Source: Pseudomonadota bacterium (GTDB lineage Bacteria > Desulfobacterota > Desulfobacteria > Desulfobacterales > JBDRRP01). Taken from it: DNA of 42,894 nucleotides. Under the pieces are notes generated by a model. That model did no database searches. It was not told the origin of the DNA and worked only from the letters and a program-made list of their open reading frames with translations. The position numbers and the translations under genes were made by a program. This document shows positions 8,448-17,730 of the stretch, piece by piece. The first letter of the stretch is position 1. The number at the start of each line of letters is the position of its first letter. The stretch lies in assembly GCA_043825735.1 (NCBI GenBank), contig JBDRRP010000062.1, positions 62,001-104,894 of the forward strand, written 5' to 3'.

Positions 8448-9965
8448 TCATTCGCTGCGGTTGATCGGTATGTTTTTGCCGCGCCTTTCCAATTTCTTGA
8501 TCAGAACGGGCAACACCAGTACGCCGATCGTTGCCGCCAGGATCACCAAGGCAATGGGTCGCATGAAGGTATCGATACCGCCGATCTCTTTTGCCCAGTA
8601 GAAATTGCGCTCGGCGAGTGGCCCTAACAAAATCGACAGGAGAAACGCGGGGACCGAATAACCGTAACGGCTGAGCAGCGCACCGAACACGCCGAATATC
8701 ACCACCAGATTCATATCAAACAGCATCGAGCGCCAGGCAAAACCGCCCGCCATACAAAAGAGCGCGATGATGGGCACCAAAAACCGATTGGGGATTGCCG
8801 TCACCTTTGCAGCGATCCGAACGACCCCCAACCCCAATGGCAGCAGCATGAGATTGGCAATCACAAGCGAAAATAAAATCGCGTAGGCTTCAACGGCATG
8901 CTCGGCAAAAAAACTGGGGCCCGGGGTTACTCCGTTGATCATCAGTGCCGCCATGATGACCAGCGTCGTTCCGGAACCGGGGATCCCCAGAGTCACCGTG
9001 GGAATGAGGGCGCCGCCGGGGACACCGTTGTTGCAGGCATCGGAAGCAACCAGCCCCTCAATGTGCCCGGTGCCGAACTTCTCCGGCGTTTTGCTCCATT
9101 GCTTGGCCTGGCCGTAGCTGATCCAGGTGGCGATGGCCGCGCCGGTCCCGGGGATCAGGCCGACGATAATGCCGATCAGCCCCCCCATCAGCATCACGCC
9201 CTTGTGCTGCAGGGCACTCCTCGCCCCTTCGAAAATCGATTTATAGCCTGCAAACCGCTGCAGGCCTTTCTCTACAAGGGAATCTTCTTTGACCAGAGAA
9301 AACAGCTCGGCAAAACCGAAAACGCCCAGGAGCACCGGAATCAATGGGAACCCTTCGTAGAGTTCGAAAAAGCCAAAGGGGCTCCTTGTGTACCCGTGGT
9401 TGAACTCGGTGCCGACACAGGCAACGAAAAGGCCCAAGGCCGATGAAAACAGACCTTTCAAGGTCGATTTACCCGTCAACGACCCAACGGCCGTCATACC
9501 AAAAAGCGCCATCATGAACATCTCGGCCGGACCGAAATTTAGGGCATAAATTCCGACGACCGGTGTCAGAACCAGGGCGAAAACGGCTGAGAGCAGACCG
9601 CCGATGGTGGAAGAAATGATAGACGCCCCAAGGGCCTGGCCGGCCATCCCCTTCCGGGTCAACTTAAATCCTTCCAGGCAAGTCGTCGCGTTTGACGGGG
9701 TCCCGGGGATATTCAATAGGATGGCCGGAATCGATCCGGCGGCCTGAGAACTGCAAAAGCACGCCATCATGAAAACCACTGCGTCCATTGCCCCCAGATA
9801 GATGGAAAACGGGAGCATCATTGCCAGAAAATTCGTATCATTGAAACCAGGGATGCCCCCCACCAGAAGCCCCGCCAGCATCCCCAGGCCGAGCCACCCG
9901 AGATGACTCGGTTGCAGCAATAAAACCAAGCCCTGTCCCACCACATCGAATCCCGGCATCGCCAT
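8448..9965 (-). CDS. tctA: Tripartite tricarboxylate transporter, large permease
   Basis: 505-aa polytopic protein with GSIPAILLNIPGTP, IPGTGAAIA and LIPTVTLGIPGS. Confidence 0.9.
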   Translation of the reverse strand: MAMPGFDVVGQGLVLLLQPSHLGWLGLGMLAGLLVGGIPGFNDTNFLAMMLPFSIYLGAMDAVVFMMACFCSSQAAGSIPAILLNIPGTPSNATTCLEGFKLTRKGMAGQALGASIISSTIGGLLSAVFALVLTPVVGIYALNFGPAEMFMMALFGMTAVGSLTGKSTLKGLFSSALGLFVACVGTEFNHGYTRSPFGFFELYEGFPLIPVLLGVFGFAELFSLVKEDSLVEKGLQRFAGYKSIFEGARSALQHKGVMLMGGLIGIIVGLIPGTGAAIATWISYGQAKQWSKTPEKFGTGHIEGLVASDACNNGVPGGALIPTVTLGIPGSGTTLVIMAALMINGVTPGPSFFAEHAVEAYAILFSLVIANLMLLPLGLGVVRIAAKVTAIPNRFLVPIIALFCMAGGFAWRSMLFDMNLVVIFGVFGALLSRYGYSVPAFLLSILLGPLAERNFYWAKEIGGIDTFMRPIALVILAATIGVLVLPVLIKKLERRGKNIPINRSE

Positions 9966-9975
9966 GAGAATCCTT

Positions 9976-10467
9976 TCAGAGGGTGAAGCTACCGATCACC
10001 AGCCGCGGCAATTCCTGCATCATCAGGACCACCAGGGCAACATGCAAAAAAATGGCAATGCCGGCGGCTACCGCCATGTTCTGCCCCCAACGCCGGCTGC
10101 CTAATCCCCGGAACACGACCAGCATGAAAAGGAAGTTGGTCACCGAAAAGCCAAGAAACGGAATCAACACCAGATAGCCGACGGCAGCGGATAAAATCAG
10201 CGCTATCCTTGCCTTTGTCCGGTAGGAAGTGACCGCCGGCGTGGCTGCCAATGGAGATGGGCCGGTGTCCTCGCAACGTCGTTGTACAACAAAGCGCTTC
10301 AAGGCGAGAAACCACAGTACCAGTGTCGTGCCCGCGGTGATCAGGGGCCAAAAAAGAGCGTCTTTCGGTGCATCGGTGGTCTGGTAGAAAAAGGCCACCC
10401 CAAAAAACAAGGCAATCCCCGGCACAATCGCCTCTGCCCAATCGATGTGGATTTTCCGCTCCTTCAT
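9976..10467 (-). CDS. tctB: Tripartite tricarboxylate transporter, small permease
   Basis: About four TM helices, lying between tctC and tctA. Start placed at MKERKIH. Confidence 0.8.
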   Translation of the reverse strand: MKERKIHIDWAEAIVPGIALFFGVAFFYQTTDAPKDALFWPLITAGTTLVLWFLALKRFVVQRRCEDTGPSPLAATPAVTSYRTKARIALILSAAVGYLVLIPFLGFSVTNFLFMLVVFRGLGSRRWGQNMAVAAGIAIFLHVALVVLMMQELPRLVIGSFTL

Positions 10468-10545
10468 TTCACCCCGCTTAGCATGAGCCGTGCGGGGTTT
10501 TTCCGCACGGCCCATTCGTTGTAAATGCCGACACGAACTTAGGTT

Positions 10546-11505
10546 CTAATCCATCAGATGCTTGTAGCGCTCCCAGACGCCCTGAAATTCCTTGACGTAG
10601 GCGTCGCATTCTTCCGGTGTCCAGTAATCCATGAAGGCGGCCATGCCCTGCTGCTCTGCCAAAGCTCTGGTTTCCTGTGATGCCATAGCCGCCTTGAAGG
10701 TATCCACCATGACCCGGTAGGCTTCCGGGGATTCTTTGACCGTGTCTCTGCGGATGATAAACGCAAAGGGTTCCACCAGATTCGGAAAAGGTTTCCCGGT
10801 AGCTTCACTCAGCGTCGGCACATCCCAGACCCCGTCCCACACCTTCTTTTTAGTGAAAGAGGCCAGCGCCTTGACGAATTCCTTTTTGGAGGAAGACGAG
10901 TAATAGGGGCCGATGCAGGCATCCACCTGCTTGCCGGCAAGCGCATCCCGGGCTTTGGATCCACCGTCGAATGCGATGACTTTGGCGTTGATACCGGTCA
11001 GCTCGATGAGTATCTTGGCGGCCAGCGTGGAAACAGCCTTGGGGTGACTTGTGGAAATGGTTAGCGGCTTATCAGCCGTTTTCCCGGCGGCGATGAAATC
11101 GGCGATGGTCTTGTATGGAGATTCCACGTGAACCAGCAGCAGGTTCGGATCAGTAATCAGGTTACCGACGAACCCGAGATCCTCCCAAGTGGTCTTGGAC
11201 ACGCCGGTGTTAATATTCATGGCCTCCATTGCGATCGTGGTCATGATCGTGGTGTAGCCGTCGGCAGGTTTGGACATCAGTTTTCCCATACCGATCATTC
11301 CCGATGCCCCGGGAAGATATTCAAATTTTATCGGTTGCCCAAGAATTTTCTCCCAACCGACCGACAGCACCCGTGAGGAACGGTCGAACCCCCCGCCGGC
11401 CTTGGCCGGAATGATATGGGTAATCGGCTTGGACGGGAAATCCGCGGCTGCTGAAACCCCTGCAAAGCAAAGTATTGCGGCCAGAATGATCGCCATCTGT
11501 TTCAT
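10546..11505 (-). CDS. tctC: Tripartite tricarboxylate transporter substrate-binding protein (Bug/TctC)
   Basis: Signal peptide, then FPSKPITHIIPAKAGGGFD, PGASG and PADGYT. Confidence 0.9.
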   Translation of the reverse strand: MKQMAIILAAILCFAGVSAAADFPSKPITHIIPAKAGGGFDRSSRVLSVGWEKILGQPIKFEYLPGASGMIGMGKLMSKPADGYTTIMTTIAMEAMNINTGVSKTTWEDLGFVGNLITDPNLLLVHVESPYKTIADFIAAGKTADKPLTISTSHPKAVSTLAAKILIELTGINAKVIAFDGGSKARDALAGKQVDACIGPYYSSSSKKEFVKALASFTKKKVWDGVWDVPTLSEATGKPFPNLVEPFAFIIRRDTVKESPEAYRVMVDTFKAAMASQETRALAEQQGMAAFMDYWTPEECDAYVKEFQGVWERYKHLMD

Positions 11506-11600
11506 TGAGCATCTCCCCCTGTGTTATGAGTTTACCCTGGAGTGGACCTTTTCCCATACCAAGTGCCCCGCTGCTGAGAAAAGGCGGTCGATCCAAAAAC

Positions 11601-12467
11601 CTACAGCCCCAGCAATCTCGCCGGGGTTACCTTTGTCATCTGGTCTATCTCTACCTGCGAGACCCCCTTTTCCATCAGGCATTGGGCAAACACTCGAAGC
11701 ACCTCTGCGGGCATGGACTTTCTCGGTTGGCCGGCATCGCTGGAAAGCACCAGGGAATTCGCGCCGACACTGCGAACGCTGTTCAGATAATCCTCAAGTT
11801 TCGCAACCCCGGGAATAGGGTAAAGATTACCCCCGCACAGTTCGATAATGGCACCGTGACGCGCCAGTTCGACCTGATCAGCGATACTCAATCGGGGCGG
11901 GTTGAAATAGGGATGGGTGATCACCAGGCGTTGAAAACCGATGTCTTCAGCATGCGCCGCCAAAATGAAGATTTCTTCCCTGGACAGGTGTGCGGTCCCC
12001 AACATTACTTCGGCATCCCGCACGATTTCCATAATGGTGGCGATATCATCTGCAATGCTGTCCCCGGCCAGAATGGAAATACCAGGGCGTTGCACCTTGG
12101 CTGAAGACTCCTGGTAACCATAGCCGCCGACATGGCCAAAGGCGTCGGCGTGGGCTTTGGCGTCAATGGTCGGCATCCAGATCTGTTTTGCACCGAGACG
12201 AACGGCGGTCTCCACCGCCACCGGATTTATGCCACCGGTAAAATGATTGAGCACCAATCCGCCAAAGACCCGGGTCCCCTCGACCTGCCGGTCGGCCAGA
12301 AATGCCCTTCCCACTGTTGATTCAAAGTGGTTCTTGAGAAGAATGCCAGACAGGCCCGACTGTGCGGCATGCTCGGCCATGTCGATGTCGTTGCCCGAAC
12401 GGCTGAAAAGCGATGGATTGGAGTGGATATGGAGATCGAATGCGCCAACAAGATCGACAATTGGCAT
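11601..12467 (-). CDS. Metal-dependent amidohydrolase-fold protein (DUF6282-like)
   Basis: DLHIHSNP, LKNH, WMPT, TAHLS, THP and SSDAGQ metal-ligand pattern. Confidence 0.7.
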   Translation of the reverse strand: MPIVDLVGAFDLHIHSNPSLFSRSGNDIDMAEHAAQSGLSGILLKNHFESTVGRAFLADRQVEGTRVFGGLVLNHFTGGINPVAVETAVRLGAKQIWMPTIDAKAHADAFGHVGGYGYQESSAKVQRPGISILAGDSIADDIATIMEIVRDAEVMLGTAHLSREEIFILAAHAEDIGFQRLVITHPYFNPPRLSIADQVELARHGAIIELCGGNLYPIPGVAKLEDYLNSVRSVGANSLVLSSDAGQPRKSMPAEVLRVFAQCLMEKGVSQVEIDQMTKVTPARLLGL

Positions 12468-12483
12468 AAAATGCTTTCCTTTC

Positions 12484-13227
12484 TCAGCGGATCTGAATGT
12501 TGTAGCGGAACCGGTCACCCCGCCCGAAGCCGGATCGGAATTCGACCGGCCGGTCGCCATAGGTATAGGCAATCCGCTCAACAAAAATGACAGGGTCGCC
12601 CTTCTCGATACCCAGGGCCTCAGCGGTTTTCAAATCGGCAACCCGCGGCGCAAGAAATTCGTCTGCCCAGATGATCGGGGTGCCGTAGCGTTCATCGAAA
12701 ATGGGATAAAGCAGCTTGTTGGAGATGTCGATGCCATCAAATCCTCGGAAGATGCGCTCCGGCAGGTACAGGTCTTCCACCATCAACGGAACATCCATCA
12801 GGGTTCGGATGCGCTGAATGCAAATGACCTTTTCCTCTACAGGCAGTTTGAGCGTTGCGCGAACGGATTCCGAGGGTATGATCACCTGGCTCGTCAGCAC
12901 ATTAGATCCCGGAATGATGCCGGCCTCATTTTCACCGAGTCCGTAGCGGAAAAAACGAAAAAATGTTCTTCCGAAATCGGGCTTGGACACAAAAGTCCCC
13001 TTCCCCTGTCTTCGGTAAAGAACCCCCTCGTTGCATAGCTCGGCAAATGATTTTTTGACGGTTCCGGGAGAGACGCTGAACATTTCCGCCATCTCATTTT
13101 CTGACGGAATCATCTGGCCCTGTTTCCACGTGTTGTCTGCGATACGCTCTTTAATCAGTTCCTTGAGTTGGTAATACAAAGGGAGCGCGCTGTTGAAATC
13201 GAGATGGGCTTTTTTGGCTTGAGGCAT
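12484..13227 (-). CDS. GntR family regulator (HutC subfamily, UTRA domain)
   Basis: PLYYQL..IPSENEM..VSPGTVKK..RQGKGTFV wHTH with a UTRA-like C-terminus. Confidence 0.9.
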   Translation of the reverse strand: MPQAKKAHLDFNSALPLYYQLKELIKERIADNTWKQGQMIPSENEMAEMFSVSPGTVKKSFAELCNEGVLYRRQGKGTFVSKPDFGRTFFRFFRYGLGENEAGIIPGSNVLTSQVIIPSESVRATLKLPVEEKVICIQRIRTLMDVPLMVEDLYLPERIFRGFDGIDISNKLLYPIFDERYGTPIIWADEFLAPRVADLKTAEALGIEKGDPVIFVERIAYTYGDRPVEFRSGFGRGDRFRYNIQIR

Positions 13228-13266
13228 GGCGGAAACCTATCAGTTGGAGGAAACGCCAAGTCATAT

Positions 13267-13282
13267 ACTTATGTATATAAGT
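13267..13282. promoter_or_regulatory. Candidate GntR/HutC operator
   Basis: Near-palindrome ACTTATGTATATAAGT 40 bp upstream of the GntR start. Confidence 0.55.
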
Positions 13283-13511
13283 GCACAAGGCCGCGTCTCT
13301 GTCAAGCCTCTTTCCGGAATAATGGCCATTATCGTATGGTTACTTGACAAACACGGTGACGGTCTGAAATGGGACGTATTCAGTGTCAACTGTGCGCAAA
13401 AGATAGTTCAATGGATCGGAAGCAAACCGAAAAACGCATGAAGTGCTTTTGGAAAATTCGCTTATAAATCCGGATATGATTCGGGGATCATTAGAAAGGT
13501 GCTGATCGAAA

Positions 13512-14681
13512 GTGGACCCGTCCCTTCAAGAATACCATAGACTGCTTCAGCGCATCAGGTTGTTTAAAACGCTGAGTCCCCCCCAGATCGACCAGGTTAT
13601 CAGGATACTGGAACCCGTATCCGTAGCTGCCGGTGACTATTTGATTAACGAGGGAGATACGGCCGAATGCTTTTATATCATTGAAAGCGGCCGCTTTGAA
13701 GTCATCAAAAAAGAATCCGATGCCGACGCCTGGCACCGGCTTGCCGTTCTCGGGCCGAACGACACCATCGGCGAGGTGGCGCTTCTCGACCGGGAACGCC
13801 GTAGTGCATCCGTCCGCGCCCTTGACGATGCGCACCTGTTTCGAATTACGATTGCGTGTTTGGAGCAGTTATCCACCACCGAGCGCCCGGCGGAAGCGGC
13901 CGTAAAAATCACGTTGGCTGGCGAGATTGCCAAAAGACTGCGCCACACGAACGAAATTACGGTCCGGACGCTTCATGACCAGTTAGAAGAAGCCAAAGCC
14001 CGGGTGGCCATGGGCGTCATCGTCAGCTACCTGCTCGTCGGCACCTGCTGTTATGTGCTGGCACTGCGCCTTGTGACGGCCCTGAACCAGTCCGCCGCCG
14101 CCACCACCACCGTCAGCGTGCTGGTCCTGGCATTTTTTGCCCTGCTGACGCTGATGGCTATCCGGCGAAGCGGTTTTCCCTTCAGCATGTACGGCATCAC
14201 CCTGGATGGCTGGCAACGGGCCACCCGGGAATCCATTATTTTCACGCTGCCGGTTTTGGGTGCGATCGTACTGGGGAAAGTGCTTCTGATCAACCTGCAC
14301 CCCGATATGGTGGGCGAGCCCTGCTTTGCCTTAAATCAGAGTCTGCATCTGTCACCCCTTGAGATCCTGCTCGACGTCATTGCCTATGCGCTGTTCACCC
14401 CCATTCAGGAGTTCATCGCCAGGGGCGGCGTCCAGAGCGCCTTCCAGCAGTTTCTGGTGGGGCCTCACCGAACGGTTGCCGCCATCGTTCTGGCCAACCT
14501 CATGTTCAGCATCACCCACATCCACCTGAGCACCTCTATCGCGCTGCTGGTGTTTGTGCCCGGTCTATTCTGGGGATGGCTCTACTCCCGCCACAAAACC
14601 CTTCTCGGGGTATGCATCTCCCATTTCATGGTGGGGACATTTGCTTTTTACGTAGTGGGATTTCAAAACTTGCTGCGATGA
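13512..14681 (+). CDS. cNMP-binding domain fused to a CPBP (CAAX protease/Abi) membrane domain
   Basis: N-terminal EGD..FYIIESG..GEVALLDRERRSASVRA. C-terminal multi-TM region with QEFIARG, FSITH and SHF. AAAGG RBS before a GTG start. Confidence 0.85.
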   Translation: MDPSLQEYHRLLQRIRLFKTLSPPQIDQVIRILEPVSVAAGDYLINEGDTAECFYIIESGRFEVIKKESDADAWHRLAVLGPNDTIGEVALLDRERRSASVRALDDAHLFRITIACLEQLSTTERPAEAAVKITLAGEIAKRLRHTNEITVRTLHDQLEEAKARVAMGVIVSYLLVGTCCYVLALRLVTALNQSAAATTTVSVLVLAFFALLTLMAIRRSGFPFSMYGITLDGWQRATRESIIFTLPVLGAIVLGKVLLINLHPDMVGEPCFALNQSLHLSPLEILLDVIAYALFTPIQEFIARGGVQSAFQQFLVGPHRTVAAIVLANLMFSITHIHLSTSIALLVFVPGLFWGWLYSRHKTLLGVCISHFMVGTFAFYVVGFQNLLR

Positions 14682-14700
14682 CCGGGGGACCGCATCAGAA

Positions 14701-15048
14701 TCATCGGGTCGCGACCATGGTAGCGATGATAAATACCCCTGCCAAGGCCAGCAGAATCATCCATGGAACGAGGCTGCGCGGTTCTTTTTTCCCCTCCATA
14801 GACGGCGCTTTGGTATGACGCTGGTGGTGTTTTTTGCCTGCGACATCACACAGAATAAAAACCAGAATGCCGAGCACTCCGGATACGATCAGAGGCCATG
14901 CATCCGAAAAAACAAAATCCGAGCGCCGGGTGGCGATGATGACCGCCCACGTTAACGAAATGACGGCAATGAAGGCTCCGGCCAGCTTTCCCAGTGTCAG
15001 CGGTAACCGTTTCAGCTCGGATGCCGTTTGTGATTTCAGGGCTCCCAT
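14701..15048 (-). CDS. Hypothetical membrane protein (about 3 TM)
   Basis: 115-aa ORF with three hydrophobic segments, 25 bp downstream of the co-oriented upstream gene. Confidence 0.6.
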   Translation of the reverse strand: MGALKSQTASELKRLPLTLGKLAGAFIAVISLTWAVIIATRRSDFVFSDAWPLIVSGVLGILVFILCDVAGKKHHQRHTKAPSMEGKKEPRSLVPWMILLALAGVFIIATMVATR

Positions 15049-15073
15049 TGGATTAGTACCACTTTTTGCCTAA

Positions 15074-16312
15074 CTAATATGCCAGGAAACGTGTCCCCGC
15101 CGCTTTCATAACGGGCTCGTCCAACAAATAGTACAAAGTGTGCGGGTAGATCGTCAGCGCGCCTTCCTGGATGTCGGTCGTCATGAACTTTATTTTCCCG
15201 TCGACCTTGAACCACAATTCGCCGGCCTTGTCTTCCTTGAAAACCTCGAACGGCTGAAGGGCCCCCGCGCTTTGCAATATAGCGAAACCGGGTTCTGAAA
15301 ACAGCGCACCCTTTTTATGAAAAAACACTTTCGCCGTGCACGGCGTGAGACGACTCAGGCTGCTGATGATTACCCCTTCTGGGGCGCCGTCAGGTCGATA
15401 GGGCGGTATCGGATCGACGATGACGCCCTTGTCGTTCTGCTCCTGCATATATTTCAGAAAAGCCTCGGAGAAGGGTTTATAGATCTGCCGTTCTTCGTAA
15501 ATATTCGTGGCTATAGGTTTGTCACGCATTGCTTCGAGTCGGTAGGTATACACGGTTTGGGTATCGATGATCCGGCTTTCATCCGGTGCAAGCGCCCCGT
15601 CATGCACTTCTGATCGTTTCCGGGCAAGCACGTTTAGGGTCCTTTGATCCGGATCGATCCACTGGGCGCGCAATGTCTCAGAGGACAGTGTATCGCCGGA
15701 CGCGACCTTGACGGTCTCCCTCGTCATGCCTCCGGCCACATCGAAAACAAAAATATTTCCCATTGCGGCCAGCAGGTATCCTTTACCCTCAAAAGTATCG
15801 AAATCAACGGGTGTGACCTGCGGGGTTATCCCGCCATGCGCTTCGGGGGCCAGTACGATGGACGCACGTGTTTGAAGCCTGGCATCCACCAGCATCACCG
15901 TATTGTCGGATAGAAAAACCAGACGCCCGCCGTCGCAGCCCAGGTACTCAGTGATGCCGCCCCGTGATTTGATGGTGAGATGCGCGGCCTCTTTGAAATT
16001 GCCGTCCAGTCGGACGATATCGCCCATGAGCGGGGAGATCGAATAGAGGCTCCCCGAGCAGGTGACGTAGTTCTCGAATCGCTCTTGCGTCTTGGCTGTC
16101 GCCTTCAGGCTGAACGTCTTGTCCCGATTATAAACGTAGTTGTGAATGGCGCCGTTGGAAAAAACCATAAAACCGGATTCGGTGGGCTCAGGCGCCACCG
16201 CCGATGCGATCACAGGCGACACGGCCGGGCCCGATACCATCAAGGCCACCGCAATGGCTACCCATAGAATCGCCCTCCCCCACCGGAAGCTTTGAATGCC
16301 GAACCATTTCAT
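15074..16312 (-). CDS. Hypothetical exported protein
   Basis: Long ORF. A signal-peptide-like N-terminus starts at MKWFG (16312) and the body is beta-strand-rich. No family recognised. Confidence 0.7.
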   Translation of the reverse strand: MKWFGIQSFRWGRAILWVAIAVALMVSGPAVSPVIASAVAPEPTESGFMVFSNGAIHNYVYNRDKTFSLKATAKTQERFENYVTCSGSLYSISPLMGDIVRLDGNFKEAAHLTIKSRGGITEYLGCDGGRLVFLSDNTVMLVDARLQTRASIVLAPEAHGGITPQVTPVDFDTFEGKGYLLAAMGNIFVFDVAGGMTRETVKVASGDTLSSETLRAQWIDPDQRTLNVLARKRSEVHDGALAPDESRIIDTQTVYTYRLEAMRDKPIATNIYEERQIYKPFSEAFLKYMQEQNDKGVIVDPIPPYRPDGAPEGVIISSLSRLTPCTAKVFFHKKGALFSEPGFAILQSAGALQPFEVFKEDKAGELWFKVDGKIKFMTTDIQEGALTIYPHTLYYLLDEPVMKAAGTRFLAY

Positions 16313-16332
16313 ATTGTTGAAGACTCGAGCGG

Positions 16333-16373
16333 GCCTTGCCGGGAACCAAAATCTACCATTTCTGGATGGACAC
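16333..16373 (+). repeat. Truncated copy (right end only) of the palindromic element at 22481-22627
   Basis: 38/41 identical to 22585-22625. Confidence 0.85.
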
Positions 16374-16507
16374 AATATATGTTTCAAAAACGTTGAATAG
16401 AACGACCGAACTCCCGCAGGAATGCGCTGCCGCTCGGTCAACGGTCTTTGATGGCAGAGGATATCACAGGTGAAGAAATTGCACCAATTATGCACTGGTG
16501 GTCGTTG

Positions 16508-17725
16508 CTACCGGCGCTCCAGCATCTCGGCGAATGCTTCTATACGCGTGTGCAATTGTCCTTCTGAAAAATTTCGCGAATCGACGCAATCGACTTCCAG
16601 ATTAAGGACGGGCACCCCGATGGATTTCAGGCCATCGGCGATGAGCCCCCGGGCGCCGGTGCCCTGGCGGCATCCCCAGTGGCAGGGATTGATCGCGCCG
16701 TCGATGCGGAAATCTTTCGCCATCTGCTGCAGATGGGCCACCCGGCGGTCGACCTGCCCGTTAAAGGGTATGGAAATCGCACGCCGGGCAAGCCCCGTAT
16801 AGGGGTCATCCGGGTCGATGGGATCCCAGGTGATGGCATTGAGTTCATCGGCGATCACGGCCGCCCCGTATTCATTTTCAAGCATGTCGATGAGTGGATT
16901 TTTGAACTGAATGCGGTTCTGGATCCACAGCAGTCGCAGTCGTTCGTCTGCGATGCCGCCTGTTTTTGTTTCAACCTTCGCGGCAAAATCATCCCGGTAA
17001 GCGGTTGCAATATCAACGGCCGCCTCGGTGCCCAGCAACAGCGCGATGACAATACCGAAGTTTCCCATCAGCCGTCCATTGGCCGGTGACGGCACCGCCT
17101 GTGCCAACCGGTAAGCCTCGGCCATGATTTCACGTGCCCGGTTGGTGTGTACGATGGCCTGCCTGAAACGATCATCATCCAGCGCTTCTCCCGTGTGTCC
17201 GGAAACAAAGGCCACCATCTCCCGGATCTGGTCCGCCAGGTACCGGACGCTTGTCGCAGTGGGTTCCTGGGGCACATTCAACACGAACAAATCCTTTTCA
17301 AAGTGCCGCGCCAGGTTCTCCATGACGGCCAGTCCGCCGGAACACGGACTGCTGGTGGCGATAAGAAAATCGGGCACCGGCATCATCTCTTTCTTGGCCG
17401 CCCCCAACACCGACCGGTGATACCCGCAGGTATCACCGCCGAATCCCTCCTGCTCGGCCGCTTCTATAAACATCCCCTCCATTCCGGTCGAGGCCAGCAT
17501 GGCGCCGACAAACTCTACAAAGCAGGAGGTCACGCCCATAGCCGCCAATAGATCAAAGGGGGCCGTAACGCCGCACCAGGCCACGCGCTCCCGGCCCCCG
17601 TAAAGACGCGCCCCCAGCCGGGCCACTTCAAGGGCATAGATTTTCCGCGGGCTTCGGCTTTCAGGGTCGACGGCGAGCTTGGCCTCGATGCCCGACACCA
17701 GATCTTCAAAATATTGTTTCATCAT
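16508..17725 (-). CDS. 2-hydroxyacyl-CoA dehydratase family subunit (HgdA/B, FldB/C-like)
   Basis: Three Fe-S Cys motifs (DTCGY, SPCSG, WGCRQ) and C-terminal GQLHTRIEAFAEML. Confidence 0.88.
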   Translation of the reverse strand: MMKQYFEDLVSGIEAKLAVDPESRSPRKIYALEVARLGARLYGGRERVAWCGVTAPFDLLAAMGVTSCFVEFVGAMLASTGMEGMFIEAAEQEGFGGDTCGYHRSVLGAAKKEMMPVPDFLIATSSPCSGGLAVMENLARHFEKDLFVLNVPQEPTATSVRYLADQIREMVAFVSGHTGEALDDDRFRQAIVHTNRAREIMAEAYRLAQAVPSPANGRLMGNFGIVIALLLGTEAAVDIATAYRDDFAAKVETKTGGIADERLRLLWIQNRIQFKNPLIDMLENEYGAAVIADELNAITWDPIDPDDPYTGLARRAISIPFNGQVDRRVAHLQQMAKDFRIDGAINPCHWGCRQGTGARGLIADGLKSIGVPVLNLEVDCVDSRNFSEGQLHTRIEAFAEMLERR

Positions 17726-17730
17726 CGCGG

